From contig OZ024751.1 in assembly GCA_964016885.1 (NCBI GenBank), forward strand, positions 7,936,001 to 8,000,000: a stretch of 64,000 nt of DNA, in the 5' to 3' direction. Of the stretch, positions 1-14,148 are shown piece after piece. Numbering within the stretch: position 1 is the first letter of the stretch; each line of letters begins with the position of its first letter. This DNA is from Eledone cirrhosa (Eukaryota). A program made the translations under genes and the position numbers. The notes under the pieces are model-generated. The model did no database searches and was not told where the DNA came from. It worked only from the letters and a program-made list of their open reading frames with translations.

Positions 1-97
1 CGTGTTGGGACAATAAATCGAGCAAATCAGGTAGAGGGTGGGTGGACACAGCGGTAAATACAAAATTACAAGGAACTAAGCAGGCTGTATGCTTACT

Positions 98-135
98 GTG
101 TGTGTGTGTGAGTGTGTGTATGTGTGTCTGTGTGG

Positions 136-214
<79 letters not shown>

Positions 215-262
215 TGTGTGTGTGTGTGTGTCAGTGTGTGTGTGTTTGTGGGTGTGTGTGTG
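98..262. repeat. (TG)n microsatellite
   Basis: Long imperfect TG dinucleotide tract; representative of dozens of (TA)n/(CA)n/(GA)n tracts in the window. Confidence 0.97.
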
Positions 263-271
263 CGCGTGTCT

Positions 272-420
272 GTATATAATATTTAATATAGAAATGGTTT
301 CTATAGGACTAGAACTGTTTCATTCGAAGGAAATCATCAGGTAAGCCAGAAATGTATACTCTACTATGTATTGAGTACCTTATTTACAGTGGGTACACCC
401 GATTGAAACCGGGATACACA
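272..420. mobile_element. Short HHR-bearing repeat remnant (family E), partly inverted
   Basis: Minus strand 308-345 reads CTGATGA-tttccttcgaat-GAAA-cagttc, matching 23217-23245 (+). The terminal segment tatgtattgagtacc...gggata recurs at ~4655-4712, ~23290-23345 and ~35045-35105. Confidence 0.6.
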
Positions 421-1282
421 CTTCTATGTATGTATATATATATTTGTATACGTGTGTGTGTGAGGTGTTGTATAGGTGTGTTTCAGTTTGTGGGTAATTA
501 TCTCGACATTTTGTTCAATAATTCAATCTCTTGAACCATTTATTTATGCTTGCTTCATAAATATGAGTTATATCACTATTGCATGGAAACCCTCTAACGT
601 GTTTTTCAGTGATGAAATATCACTTGATATTACAATCCATTTATTTAACGGTAGATCCTTCATACAACAGTAAATACTAATAGATATGTATAGGGGAGAC
701 ACTATTGCGTAGTTCATGTGTGGGAATATATTAGGTATTGCGCTGTAATATATCATTGACTGTATTCAATATGAGATTATTGGTTTATTAATTTTGAATA
801 GCATTGCCATATTCTACTATAGTAATATCTGGAGAAAATAACAGCTATATGCATTTGATTTTATTAGCAACACTTCGAAATAAATCTTACATAAGATCCG
901 TCAAATATTGTTCGTATGTTAAATGTTTTACTTCACGTCATCTGTTGGACCTTGCCTATTGATAAAATATGATTGGATATGTGTTTCATGATATGTCGTC
1001 TTATATAGTGTAACAAATCTAAATAAATGATTAAAGACTGTTTTATTTTTCAATATTTGTTAAAAGCTATAACTGATTATTCAACAAGATCTTATCCCTA
1101 TTTTTTTACGAGTGAAATAACGTTTCAATAACGCAAATGGTAATTCACTATGCTATAGATGTGAAAAGTATTAGAAAAGTGTCATAACAACTAGAAATAC
1201 GTGTGTGTCGTGCTTACTATCTGTATTACATACTGAAGAAATATTGGAATACACAGACACACACACACACACGCACATATAT

Positions 1283-1348
<66 letters not shown>

Positions 1349-1984
1349 AGTGTAATTTTCTACACAAAGCGAAGGTTATAGAGAAAATTGAGGTTGGTAA
1401 TGGCACATGGAATATATAAGAGACAGAATACTTTTTTGTGAAAAAACATAATTTTATAAGGTAAGGAAATAATAAAGGGTATAAAAAATGTCCGGTTTCG
1501 ATGGGTCTGCAAAAGCCATCTTTTCAAATGTTGATTAAGAAAAATTAATAATACGAAGAGTTAAAATTTGAGACTTGAAAATTCAAGTATAAAATTCATT
1601 GTGGGATTTCATAGCAGTTTCCATCTTGGTAGCAACAACAGGTTGACTGCTGTGTCCCTTTCTGGTAGTGAATGAGAAGTTATTTGGGGTGTGGGTTATT
1701 TTATAAAGGTCAGATTTAGCAATCGCCAGCTGCTGGTCAGTGAGGGGGTGGAAGCAATATACATACACATATCTTCCTGTGATGGGTAGGGGAGTGGAGC
1801 GTGATAGAAAGGGATTTAGTGCACTTACACCTATATATACACACATACCTTCATCCACACATACATACATATACATATACATATATATATATATATATAT
1901 ATACATATACACACATACATACACACACACATACATATACATACACACATACACACACACACATATATATATATATATACACAT

Positions 1985-2034
<50 letters not shown>

Positions 2035-2758
2035 CCACACACATATATATACATACACATACATCCAGATACACACATACATACACACACACACACACAC
2101 ATATAAATATATACACACATATATACATATATATATATATATATATACACACATACACACACACCCCCACACATACATACACACACACACACATATATAT
2201 ATACATACACACATACAAACATACACACACACATATATATACACACACATACACACACATATATATACACACACACACACACACGCATATATATATATAT
2301 ATATACACATACGCATACATCCAGATACCCACATACATACACACACACGCACACACAATACATACATCCACATGCACACACATACACACATACACACACA
2401 CACACATACATACACCCACACACAGAGAAATGGCCTTCAAATATATATATATATATATACATACAGACACATATATTTTTTCCATAATATAAGAAGTTGG
2501 GGCAGTGAAATTAAAATGCAAGTCATTCTGATCACATTGAGTTCTTCATGTAGATTGGGCCCCGCAACCGACAGTGGTGAATTCTGTGTGCGCATGTATA
2601 TATAGACATATGTGTGTGCACGTGCAGGGTTTAACATGGATGTGTTGGTCACACAAAGGCATGGTCTGTCAATGAATAAACCTGATTCTACAGAATTGGT
2701 CTCTGGTCTTTAATAGTAGTGATTCCGTGCGTATGTGTGTTTATATTTTATGACAATT

Positions 2759-3896
2759 CTATTGGGGTGATAACCCGTTTAGTTTTGGTTTAAATTTGTT
2801 AAGGAATAGATTTTCTTTGTTTATTCTTTGTTGTTGTGTGAACGAATCTGAGCACTTGTAGAAGGGGAAGATTTTAAAGTTGGGTAGTGTCATTCCTGCG
2901 CAGTTCGCAATATGGCTGCTCAAGGGGATTTTTCTTGTGTTAGCGTCCCGGATTTGTTGGCGGTGGATGGTCATTCTTTTGCGTAATGAGGTGCCCGTCT
3001 GTCCTATGTAGTTGTGTTTGCACCCACCGCAAGTTATTGCGTAAATCAAGTTCTCCGAGTTGCAGGTGAAATTGTTTTTTACTGTAAATGTTTGGCCATC
3101 TTTGAATGTAAATGTTTGTCCTTCAGTGAGGTAGAGGCACGTTCCACAGTTTGTTCTACCACATTTGGTAACTGTAGGGTTGAGGATTGGTTTGGGTATA
3201 TTTGGTCCAGTGAGAATGCGTTTAAGTGATTTGGGTTGTCTTTTACTTTTAAGGATCTTGTGTGTTTCAAGAATAGACTTCATTTTTACATCTTTAAGTA
3301 GGATGGGGAGGTTTTTGTGTAGGTGATCAAACATTTCGGTATTTCTGGGGTTGAAAGTGGATACATATGGCAGGGTGTTGAGTGTGGTTTTCTGTTTTGG
3401 ATTGTTAAGTTGATGGGGATTTAGGTGTTTTGCCCTGTCTATTCCATTGTTGATTATTTCAAGTGGAAAGGCTCTTAAGATAAGGGTGTCTTTTAGTTCC
3501 TTTAGTCTTTGCTCCCGTTTAGGTGGATCTGATACTATGGTACATATACGTTTGGCCAAATTGTAAGGAATGTTAAGTTTTGTATGTTTTGGGTGACTTG
3601 ATGTGAAAAAGAGGTATTGCTTGGAATCTGTGGGTTTATAGAATATATCTGTATCTAATTTCCCGTCTATTACAGAGATGAGAATATCCAAGAAGGCTAA
3701 TTCCTTAGGATTGGATTCCATTGTGAATTGTATGTTATTATCTATGTTGTTTATCATGTTTTTAAACGTAGTAAGTGAGTTCATGTCTTCTTGCCATAGG
3801 ATAAAGCAGTCGTCTAGATATCTTTTCCAATTGGCTTTGAGGTGTGTGTGGAAAGAGTCTCCAAATAAGAGAAGGGACTGACTGTATATTTGTTGT
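2759..3896 (-). CDS. PLE reverse transcriptase (C-terminal part) plus GIY-YIG endonuclease, 5'-truncated
   Basis: WKRYLDD RT motif, LAFLDI, TDIFYKPTD..QYL..SSHP thumb, KCGRTNCGTC linker, NLIYAITC..C..NYIGQT..LRKRM..HR nuclease. Frame is open to the stop. The N-terminal ~60 aa of the listed ORF is inverted-pLTR/microsatellite read-through. Confidence 0.92.
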
Positions 3897-3967
3897 ATGT
3901 GTATATATATATATGTGTGTGTGTGTATGTGTGTATGTATATGTATGTGTGTGTGTATGTATGTGTG

Positions 3968-4004
<37 letters not shown>

Positions 4005-4352
4005 GTATATGTATGTATGTGTGGATGAAGGTATGTGTGTATATATAGGTGTAAGTGCACTAAATCCCTTTCTATCACGCTCCACTCTCCTACCCATCAC
4101 AGGAAGATATGTGTATGTATATTGCTTCCACCCCCTCACTGACCAGCAGCTGGCGATTGCTAAATCTGACCTTTATAAAATAACCCACACCCCAAATAAC
4201 TTCTCATTCACTACCAGAAAGGGACACAGCAGTCAACCTGTTGTTGCTACCAAGATGAAAACTGCTATGAAATCCCACAATGAATTTTATACTTGAATTT
4301 TCAAGTCTCAAATTTTAACTCTTCGTATTATTAATTTTTCTTAATATTAATC

Positions 4353-4400
4353 AACATTTGAAAAGATGGCTTTTGCAGACCCATCGAAACCGGTCATTTT
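4353..4400 (+). ncRNA. Minimal hammerhead ribozyme, U3-A8 core variant, in PLE pLTR
   Basis: aacat-TTGAAAA-gatgg(11 nt)ccatc-GAAA-ccgg-TC-atttt. The mirror copy at 1485-1532 (-) has AC at the cleavage site. Confidence 0.7.
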
Positions 4401-4497
4401 TTATACCCTTTATTATTTCCTTACCTTATAAAATTATGTTTTTTCACAAAAAAGTATTCTGTCTCTTATATATTCCATGTGCCATTACCAACCTCAA

Positions 4498-4622
<125 letters not shown>

Positions 4623-4731
4623 TAATTCCATATATATATATATATAGATGAGATTATGCTATGTATTGAGTACCTTACGTACTGTGATTACCTCCGATTC
4701 AACCAGGAATATATAGATAAGTTACCTATAA

Positions 4732-4834
<103 letters not shown>

Positions 4835-5058
4835 CAGCTTTCACATGTCAATTTCACATGTCAATTTCATACCTCTGTTTCGTATCAGTTCGTTTTACAT
4901 GCTAAAGTCATCAGTATAATTTTTTTCTTATTTAGATTGATGTTATGATGGTTTTAACTATTTACTATCTAGCTAGTTTATTTGAATATTGTTATTATTG
5001 TTCTGATTTAATACCACTACTATTTATAGTAGCCATACCTGTGCATATCATTCATTCT

Positions 5059-5169
5059 CACATGCTCTGATGAATAGACTGGTTATAACAAAGTAGTGGT
5101 GATCGATTGACGTAAAAACAGGCGTGTCTCTAGACCCACTATTTCAGAGAAACAATTGTCAGCAATGTG
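5059..5169 (+). ncRNA. Type I hammerhead ribozyme motif with long stem II
   Basis: cacatgct-CTGATGA(5067-5073)...GAAA-caattg-TC-agcaatgtg. Stem I is complementary, stem III is the palindrome CAATTG, and there is an inner stem aagtagtgg/ccactattt. Confidence 0.75.
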
Positions 5170-5213
5170 AATACAGCCCATATTGTATAGCAAACCATGT
5201 CACTCTTCTTTCT

Positions 5214-5265
<52 letters not shown>

Positions 5266-5267
<2 letters not shown>

Positions 5268-5820
5268 CGTTTCTGAATTTGTTTAGCAAGATTATTTATC
5301 TGAAAACGTGTGTTGAAACCGATATTGTTATGCTTTGGGAGGGTCATGTTGCCAATAAGAAACACACGCACCATAAATGGAATAGCAATAGCAACATCAC
5401 AACTTACAATTAAGGACACAATTAAAATACACACACACACAGAACAAACAACCAGTAACATGTAAATAAACAAATAAATAAACAAATAAATAAACAAATA
5501 TAAACACACACAGACACCCGGATGTAACACATGCGCAAACTAAGCACACAACACACACAAAAACAAGATGGCGTAGGACAGAACAAAGGAGAGAGACAAA
5601 AACAAAGAAAAGGATCCCCGTTCCCTGAAGAGGTCACATAATGTGTGACAAAAGAACTTTGACAATATATGAACAATCGTCTGGTTGTGGAACCAACAAA
5701 CCAACCAGAAATTTATAAATTCTTAAATTTATGAATTTAATTTATAATAAATTGGAGTGAAAGCAACTGGTGCGTGTGTTTCTTATTGGCAACATGACCC
5801 TCCCAAAGCATAACAATATA
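5266..5820. mobile_element. PLE pLTR-derived fold-back element (family C)
   Basis: ~5323-5373 is inverted to ~5767-5819. Degenerate HHR CTGAAGA-g-gtcaca/tgtgac-aAAA at ~5625-5653. Related copies at 9490-9660, 10670-10985, 17900-18360, 18440-18870 and 40368-40782. Flanked by (TA)n. Confidence 0.75.
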
Positions 5821-6057
5821 TATATATATATATATAATAATAATAAATTTGAAGACTAAAATCCAAATATATACAAATATCTATACATTTATATATATAT
5901 ATACAAATATATCACGATAAATTACCGGAGCCATAGACTCTCGCGGTTTTCCCCTGTTTGATTCATGGCGCACTATTTCTCTCTCTAGTGTGTTACCTTT
6001 TCAACATATTGTATTATATACAAATATATATTTATATAAATATATATATACAAATAT

Positions 6058-6129
<72 letters not shown>

Positions 6130-6133
<4 letters not shown>

Positions 6134-6295
6134 AAGTATGACTCTGACGGCAGAGCTCAAGGCGTTTCGTGGAAACAGCTTGAGCTCTGCCGTCGGGGTC
6201 ATACTTTCTCCGATTACCTACTCTACTACCCTAAGTATTGAGTATTTTGGTGCGTTATGGTCCATCTGGTATCTTACCACAACTCCTTCGTTATA
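6130..6295. mobile_element. Hairpin-headed short repeat (family D)
   Basis: gagaaagtatgactctgacggcagagctcaag...cttgagctctgccgtcggggtcatactttctc hairpin plus tail. Homologous to 36378-36558, 18895-19060 and 40808-40860. Confidence 0.75.
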
Positions 6296-6313
6296 TATAT
6301 ATATAGATATATG

Positions 6314-6436
<123 letters not shown>

Positions 6437-6578
6437 TGCAGACTTCAATTTGCAAAGCTGTCTAAACGTAATGTTAAAACTCTTGGGTAATATACCCTAT
6501 TGAGTACTTAGATGCACACCGAGATTGCATTCGTTAGCTTGGCTGCAATCATACTTTCGATGATGCCGTACTAAATGT

Positions 6579-7210
<632 letters not shown>

Positions 7211-7212
<2 letters not shown>

Positions 7213-8395
7213 CAGTGAAACGAAATTTCATTTCTCACTCTTAGTACGGCTGACACCTAAATATAATTATGTATACGTACATACATATGTATGTACAGAC
7301 GTACAGTAGTATGTATATATATACATACATGCACATATATATATATGTACGTATGGGTTTACCGAACATTTATTATAATGCTCTGTTTATTTGTAAACAC
7401 CCTCCCCGAATTACGCCGTACAGTGTTCGGCAACCATCGTCGCCCTTTTGTTCAAGACTGACAACGGAACGATGAACTAGAATCAAGCTTATTAGCTATC
7501 GTCAGCATCGTATACCTTCCAGTTAGACGATTAAACGTTTGAAAGTATATACTTTCCTCATGCATAGTGACGGCTAAGCAGCCTAATTTGCATATCGAGT
7601 GAGTTAGTCGGCCGAGCGTACCGAAAACGATAAATGGAAAAGAATGAAATGAAATTTCATTTCTCACTCTTAGTACGGCTGATACCTAAATATAAGTATA
7701 TATACGTACATACATATATGTGTACAGACGTACAATAATATGTATATACATACATACATGAACACATATATATATGTACGTATGGGTTTACCGAACATTT
7801 ATTATAATGTTCGGTTTGTTTGTAAACAAACAACCCGAAATACGCCGGTTTTTGCCGAACACTGTACGGCGTAATTCAGGTTGTTTGTTTACAAACAAAC
7901 GCAGCATTATAATAAATGTTCGGTAAACCCATACGTACATATATATATATAGATATACATGTGCATGTATGTATATATATATATATATACATACTACTGC
8001 AAGTCTGTATACATATATGTATATAAGTATACATACTTACATTTAAGTATCAGCCGTACTAAGAATGAAACATGAAATTTCATTTCATTCTTTTCCATTT
8101 ATCGTTTTCGGTACGCCCGGCCGACTAACTCACTCGATATGCAAATTAGGCTGCTCAACCGTTAATATGCATGAGGAAAGTATATACTTTCAAACGTTCA
8201 ATCGTCTGACTGGAAGGTATACGATGCTGACGATAGCTAATAAGCTTGAAAGTAGTTCATCGTTCCGTTGTCAGGGTTGAACAAGGGGGCGACGATGTTT
8301 GCGGAGCACTGTACGGCGTAATTCGGGCTGTTTGTTTATAAACAAACCGAGTATTATAATAAATGTTCGGTAAACCCATACGTACATATATATGT
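7211..8395. mobile_element. Tandem and inverted ~430-bp HHR repeat (family A, retrozyme-like)
   Basis: Unit repeats at ~7217 and ~7646 (minus sense) and flips at ~7848 to plus sense. HHR at 7470-7510 (-) and 8222-8262 (+). Octamer ATGCAAAT at 8139-8146. Confidence 0.85.
8222..8262 (+). ncRNA. Minimal type I hammerhead ribozyme (family A)
   Basis: cgatg-CTGACGA-t-agct-aata-agct-t-GAAA-gtag-TT-catcg. Perfect 5-bp stem I; other copies have the palindromic CTAG stem III. Confidence 0.8.
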
Positions 8396-9392
8396 GTGTG
8401 TGTCTTTATTTCAAATGATTAGTGACGAACGCAGTCGGTCGAGTATAAATGTTACAATAATATAACCAACGGTTTTATGAGAAAACTGATAATGGATTTA
8501 AATTGCCAACTGTTTGATGTCATCTTACATTGAATGATATGATGGTGTGATTGATTACGTTGGGATTTATATATATTCAAGCAAGATGCATTTATGTAAC
8601 ATAAAACTGTTTAATTTCGAAAGCCGTACAACCAATTTCAGACAAGACAGAAAGATAGACGGGTGGTTAAGCTGAGCAAATACTATCAAACATAACCTGT
8701 TATCCTTGTAATGGGCATCATTTTAAATCTCCTTCATCACAACGAAATCGTTTGTTTCATTCCAAATGAGTAGAAGTCATACGTAATCGATTATTTGTAG
8801 TGGAGATATCGTTTCATTCATCCATTTGAATCCATCTTTAACCTCGAAATATCATGTGCCCTTTCTCAGTTGTAAATGCTGATTTAAGCAAGACGTATAT
8901 GGTATTATGTAGTGTTAGCTAGTCAATAATATAGCGTAAATATAAGCCTTAACTTCAATAATGATAATTCCACTTTTAAGCTAAATGAGAGATAAATACA
9001 GACTTCGGATATATTTTACCCATGAAATAATATAAAATCGACTTATAAACATATCCCAAAGTGAAATTTAGGTATTCATTATCGATTGTATAGCAACTAT
9101 CATGAAGTATAACATTCAATGATTAAATTTCATATACCACCTCATTGGGAGTGAAATTCTGCCTGAATAATTTTACAAACATATATCATATAGAGACACT
9201 GATTACTGAGATTTTCATTTTATTGTAACGGGAGAGATAATATTGAGTCGATAAAAATGTCGCATGACAGCGGTGAAATAGATAATACTATGAATATGAA
9301 GATTTGTAATGAGATATGAAAATGAAACATTGACTTCAATGAAACAATGGTGAGAAAATATATCATAAGTTCCATAATTCATGAAGTGCCAC

Positions 9393-9433
<41 letters not shown>

Positions 9434-9652
9434 CTTTCTGTGTGTGTTTTGTGTGTGTGCGCGCGTGTGTGCGTATGTGTATACTTCGTTCTTATATTCA
9501 TTTGCAAGATTTCTTATCTGAAGACGCATATAGAAACATATATTGCTATATTTTTGAGGGCCAAAATAAACAAAGTGCAACTTTGTAATAAGTTCAATTG
9601 AAAACCATGATGTGCGTTCGATTCTATTGGCAGCATAATACACCAAATGTAT

Positions 9653-10080
<428 letters not shown>

Positions 10081-10598
10081 ATGTTTGGTTGTTCACACAT
10101 CCACGCGCGCACACACAGAGTGTAGCACAGTGATATTGACAGTCATACGCATAGTCGGTCGCTATACACACACATTTAAGGAGAACATATAAATATGCAC
10201 TTACATGCATCCAGAGAGGCACGTACACACAGAGACTCATACCCACATGCCTATATACAGCAACATAGACACATACGGCCACACACAAACAAAATAGAAC
10301 CGATGCTTATATATGTAACACAACTATATATTTTGTCGCATCACCATTCTGAGGGACAGATCGATAATGGAGTCGGGTCCATAACTCCCATGGGTCACTT
10401 TGAGCCAATCCCCTGCGAAACGCGCAAAACAGGTCGATACGCAATATACATTTTTCATATGTAAACTACACTTCCACGTTGTTTCTGTTATATATATATC
10501 ATAGATTGAGTTAGAAACTCACAATAGTATTTTACAATTGGAACACATGTATATTTATATCTGTGTTAATCCCTCTCATATATCCAATTATATATATA

Positions 10599-10662
<64 letters not shown>

Positions 10663-10669
10663 ATTATTA

Positions 10670-10985
10670 TCATTATACTTAGGAAGGGTCATATTCGTGT
10701 AATAATATTGCCAGAATTAATAACAGAACACACTCACTGTTTGGTTGGTTTACGCTTCTGTGTCTTTTATATCGGTTAATTTAATTTATTCGGTCCTCAA
10801 TGTTACCATTGACTGACCAACGGTCAAAAGTACAGATATAATATAGATACAAAGAGATATATATAGCCTAACAAAGTTCTTTCGTTGCACATCTGCAACA
10901 TCGTCAGTGGTGCTATTATGTTTACTCCTGTTGTATTGTATGCCTACGCCAACTTTATTTAGTCTGTTTATTTATTTATCATATA
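10670..10985 (-). mobile_element. PLE pLTR copy (family C) with HHR
   Basis: Minus strand ~10870-10912 reads cca-CTGACGA-t-gttgca-gatg-tgcaac-GAAA. Collinear with 18440-18755. Confidence 0.75.
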
Positions 10986-11011
10986 TATCTATATATCTAT
11001 ATATATCTATA

Positions 11012-11110
<99 letters not shown>

Positions 11111-11122
11111 ATATAAATAGAA

Positions 11123-11157
<35 letters not shown>

Positions 11158-11397
11158 CATATACACACACACACATGTATATATATGTATACAAATATAT
11201 ACACATCTTTAAAATAAGAAACTCCATATATTACAGTAAATGATATGTCCTGTGCAGCAGTTAATTCCGCTATATTTTAACAATATTTTCTGAAGAATAC
11301 ATTACTCTGGCATTTTGTTGCAATAATTCCTACAGTGTTCTGCGAATATATACACACACACACACACACCTATATCTATATACCCATATATATGTGT

Positions 11398-11428
<31 letters not shown>

Positions 11429-11516
11429 GATAGATAGATAGATATACGTGTCTGTGTATATATATATATATGTGCGTGTGTTTATATGTGTGTTCGTGTG
11501 TACGTGTATGTGTGTG

Positions 11517-11610
<94 letters not shown>

Positions 11611-12065
11611 TATATACGGCGAATTTGATGAATGAGAATTACGTTTTTTCTTTGCCTATACCAATATCCTTTATCCGTTACAACAGATAAATATTTAATA
11701 CATCTTAGAAAGCGATATATATATATATAATGCAACATAGTAGAGCAACGTGTGAATTTATTTCAGCATATATTGTAATATATGTTCATGCTTCTAATAT
11801 ATTTTCCTTCTAAATCACACAACATATTTCTTGTAAGATTAGTTAGTGTTTATCGACGCAATACTCTAGCCTATTCATTTATTAATGCTTAATGTTTTCT
11901 GTTATGTTTCTACTCGGTTAAAGACATTATACGTAACGACCATAACATTTAGGAATATGCAACGTTCATGCATTCTCCAGATATATTATCTGCATGTAAA
12001 TGTAACTGATTGCTAATGAAATGTCAGTAAGCTCATCGCTATCATTATTTGCCTATGATGGTCTT

Positions 12066-13098
12066 GGATTGTAGGATTGGTGGAGCGTCGGATACTATAC
12101 AGTGCAGAATAGAGTTACGTTCCTTTACGCTCCGACTTCAAATCCCATTGATGTAAGCTTCACTTTTCATTCTTACGACGGGTTTGATAAATATATCACT
12201 AGTAATATACTGAGGTCGATTTAATCGCCCCCCCCCCCATCCACACACTTGCTGGCCTTGTGCCTAAAATAGAAACAATTATATGCCTATGAGGGTGGTG
12301 TATTGCTTTATCGGGGTATCGTCCGACACCATTCACTGCAGCATTGTGTTAAGTCCCTTTACGTTCTGAGTTTAAATCCCGTCGAGGTCACAAGGTGGGG
12401 CTAAATTGCTTCAGTCTGAATAAAATGAACATACAACCACTCCTATGTCACAGTCCACTAACTTCCTCCGGACAACTGACGCTGCAGACCAGGTCCGAAC
12501 ACAGAAGAGCCGAACACCCACTATCATCGCCTCCATATTTCTCGCCCTCCCCAAATCTTTGTATTATGAGCAGATGGGGTTCCATGTGCTGGCCTCCCCA
12601 CAGCCCCGACGGACAGAATGGAGAAGGCGTTTCTCCGGAGGATGGTAAGGGTGATGCGCTGGAAGAGCCATTCCATCTCGTGAGGCTCACACCTGCGACT
12701 AGCCACCTCGGTGCCTATGGTGGTACCTATGGAGGTAATCCTAGGGCCAAGGACACCGGAAGTTAGCGTTGCATTTCGTCCTTACGGGGTCGTTAAATAA
12801 AGCACCAGTAATGCACTCGGGTCGATTTAAGCGAACTCGCCTCCCGCTAAAATTATTGGCATTGAGCCTAAAGGAGAACATTTATTTGCCGATGAGTGCG
12901 TTGGATTGCTATATCGAGAGTGCAGCATAGAGTTACTTAGCTTTACATTCTGAGTTAAAATCCTTCCGAGGATAAAGTTGTCTTTCATATTTACGTGGCC
13001 AATAATTTATGCAGCTGTAATGCACTGGGGTTGATGTAATCGAATTTCGCCTCCACCCAAAAGTATTGGCATTTTGCCTAAATCAGAAATCATTATTT
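12066..13098 (+). mobile_element. Three head-to-tail tRNA-derived SINE copies, the middle one interrupted
   Basis: Each has a B-box-like gagttcaaatcc variant, the cctttcatccttacggggtcgataaa-like core and a gctggccttgtgcctaaa-like tail. Copies at ~12066-12282, 12292-12390 + 12765-12885, and 12895-13098. Confidence 0.8.
12391..12764 (-). mobile_element. 5'-truncated CRE-like (restriction-like endonuclease) non-LTR retrotransposon 3' end
   Basis: Minus frame TSGVLGP...EPHEMEWLFQRITLTILRRNAFSIL resembles the CRE C-terminal ETxG.WG...FLxQRLSxAIQRGNA signature. GC-rich insert that splits a SINE just after its B box. Confidence 0.7.
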
Positions 13099-13794
13099 GT
13101 CTATGTAATATTTACTGCACCTCCTAATACACATTCAGTAAATGTAACAGAAGAGATACATTAACATTATAAGATAAATGTAAATATTTCCATTAATATA
13201 CTAGAGGACTACACACAAAAAAACAATAAATAGTAGTTGTTCCCGTAATATATGTTTTACAGCTTCCCTTCTTTCTGATTTTCCTTTTCCTTTTCGTTTA
13301 CTTATGCATAATCAGCCCCGAACTGGCCTTCAATACTTGAAATTTTATTTTTATTTTATTTAATGTTATTTTATTTTTTCCCGTTTTTTGTTTATATATT
13401 TATTTTTTATTTTATTTTAAAATATGCCTTCCAATACAAGTCCAAACATCAGAACATAGTGGAAACTCTAACGATATAAACAGGGAAATGGCGTAGATTT
13501 ATGGAGTCACTGCCAGAGAGAAGATTCTAAACGAAGCAAAGAAACTAGAACTCTATAACAATGTTCTAACGTACTGCAAAACGATGCAAAAATATAATTG
13601 CTGTGATATCAAATTTAGAAAAACAAATATTCCTTTCACACACGGGGATAACGGACAATTGTAGAATTACCAAGATATAAAAAAATAGTTTTCAGAGCAT
13701 TGCCATACTTGAAAAATTAGCGCATACTTCCATTTTCCATATATAGCCACATACACATACACATGTATATATATACGCATATATATATATACGC

Positions 13795-13841
<47 letters not shown>

Positions 13842-13864
13842 GTATATATACACATATATATATG

Positions 13865-13899
<35 letters not shown>

Positions 13900-13950
13900 G
13901 TATATGTATATATATATGTATATACACATATATATATGTATATATATATG

Positions 13951-13990
<40 letters not shown>

Positions 13991-14008
13991 CACATATATA
14001 TATATATG

Positions 14009-14039
<31 letters not shown>

Positions 14040-14094
14040 TTACACATATATATATATATAAATAAGTCTAGATTCATATCCGACACACACATGC

Positions 14095-14148
<54 letters not shown>

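Noticed and set aside
3897-4078. N-terminal part of the 439-aa ORF
   Set aside because: It is the inverted pLTR plus microsatellite in frame by chance; the true RT N-terminus is missing.
5296-5326. HHR-like ctgaaaa...gaaaccgata on the + strand
   Set aside because: Antisense to the family's real HHR, the C3/A8 core is mismatched, and stems I and III are not convincing.
7452-8280. Repeated 71-aa ORF in family A
   Set aside because: No recognisable domain, and the frame is not preserved in the 29 kb and 52 kb copies; similarity reflects the DNA repeat.
10348-10445. Possible HHR (ctgaggga...gaaacgcg)
   Set aside because: Core and cleavage triplet deviate, and there is no second copy in the window to support it.
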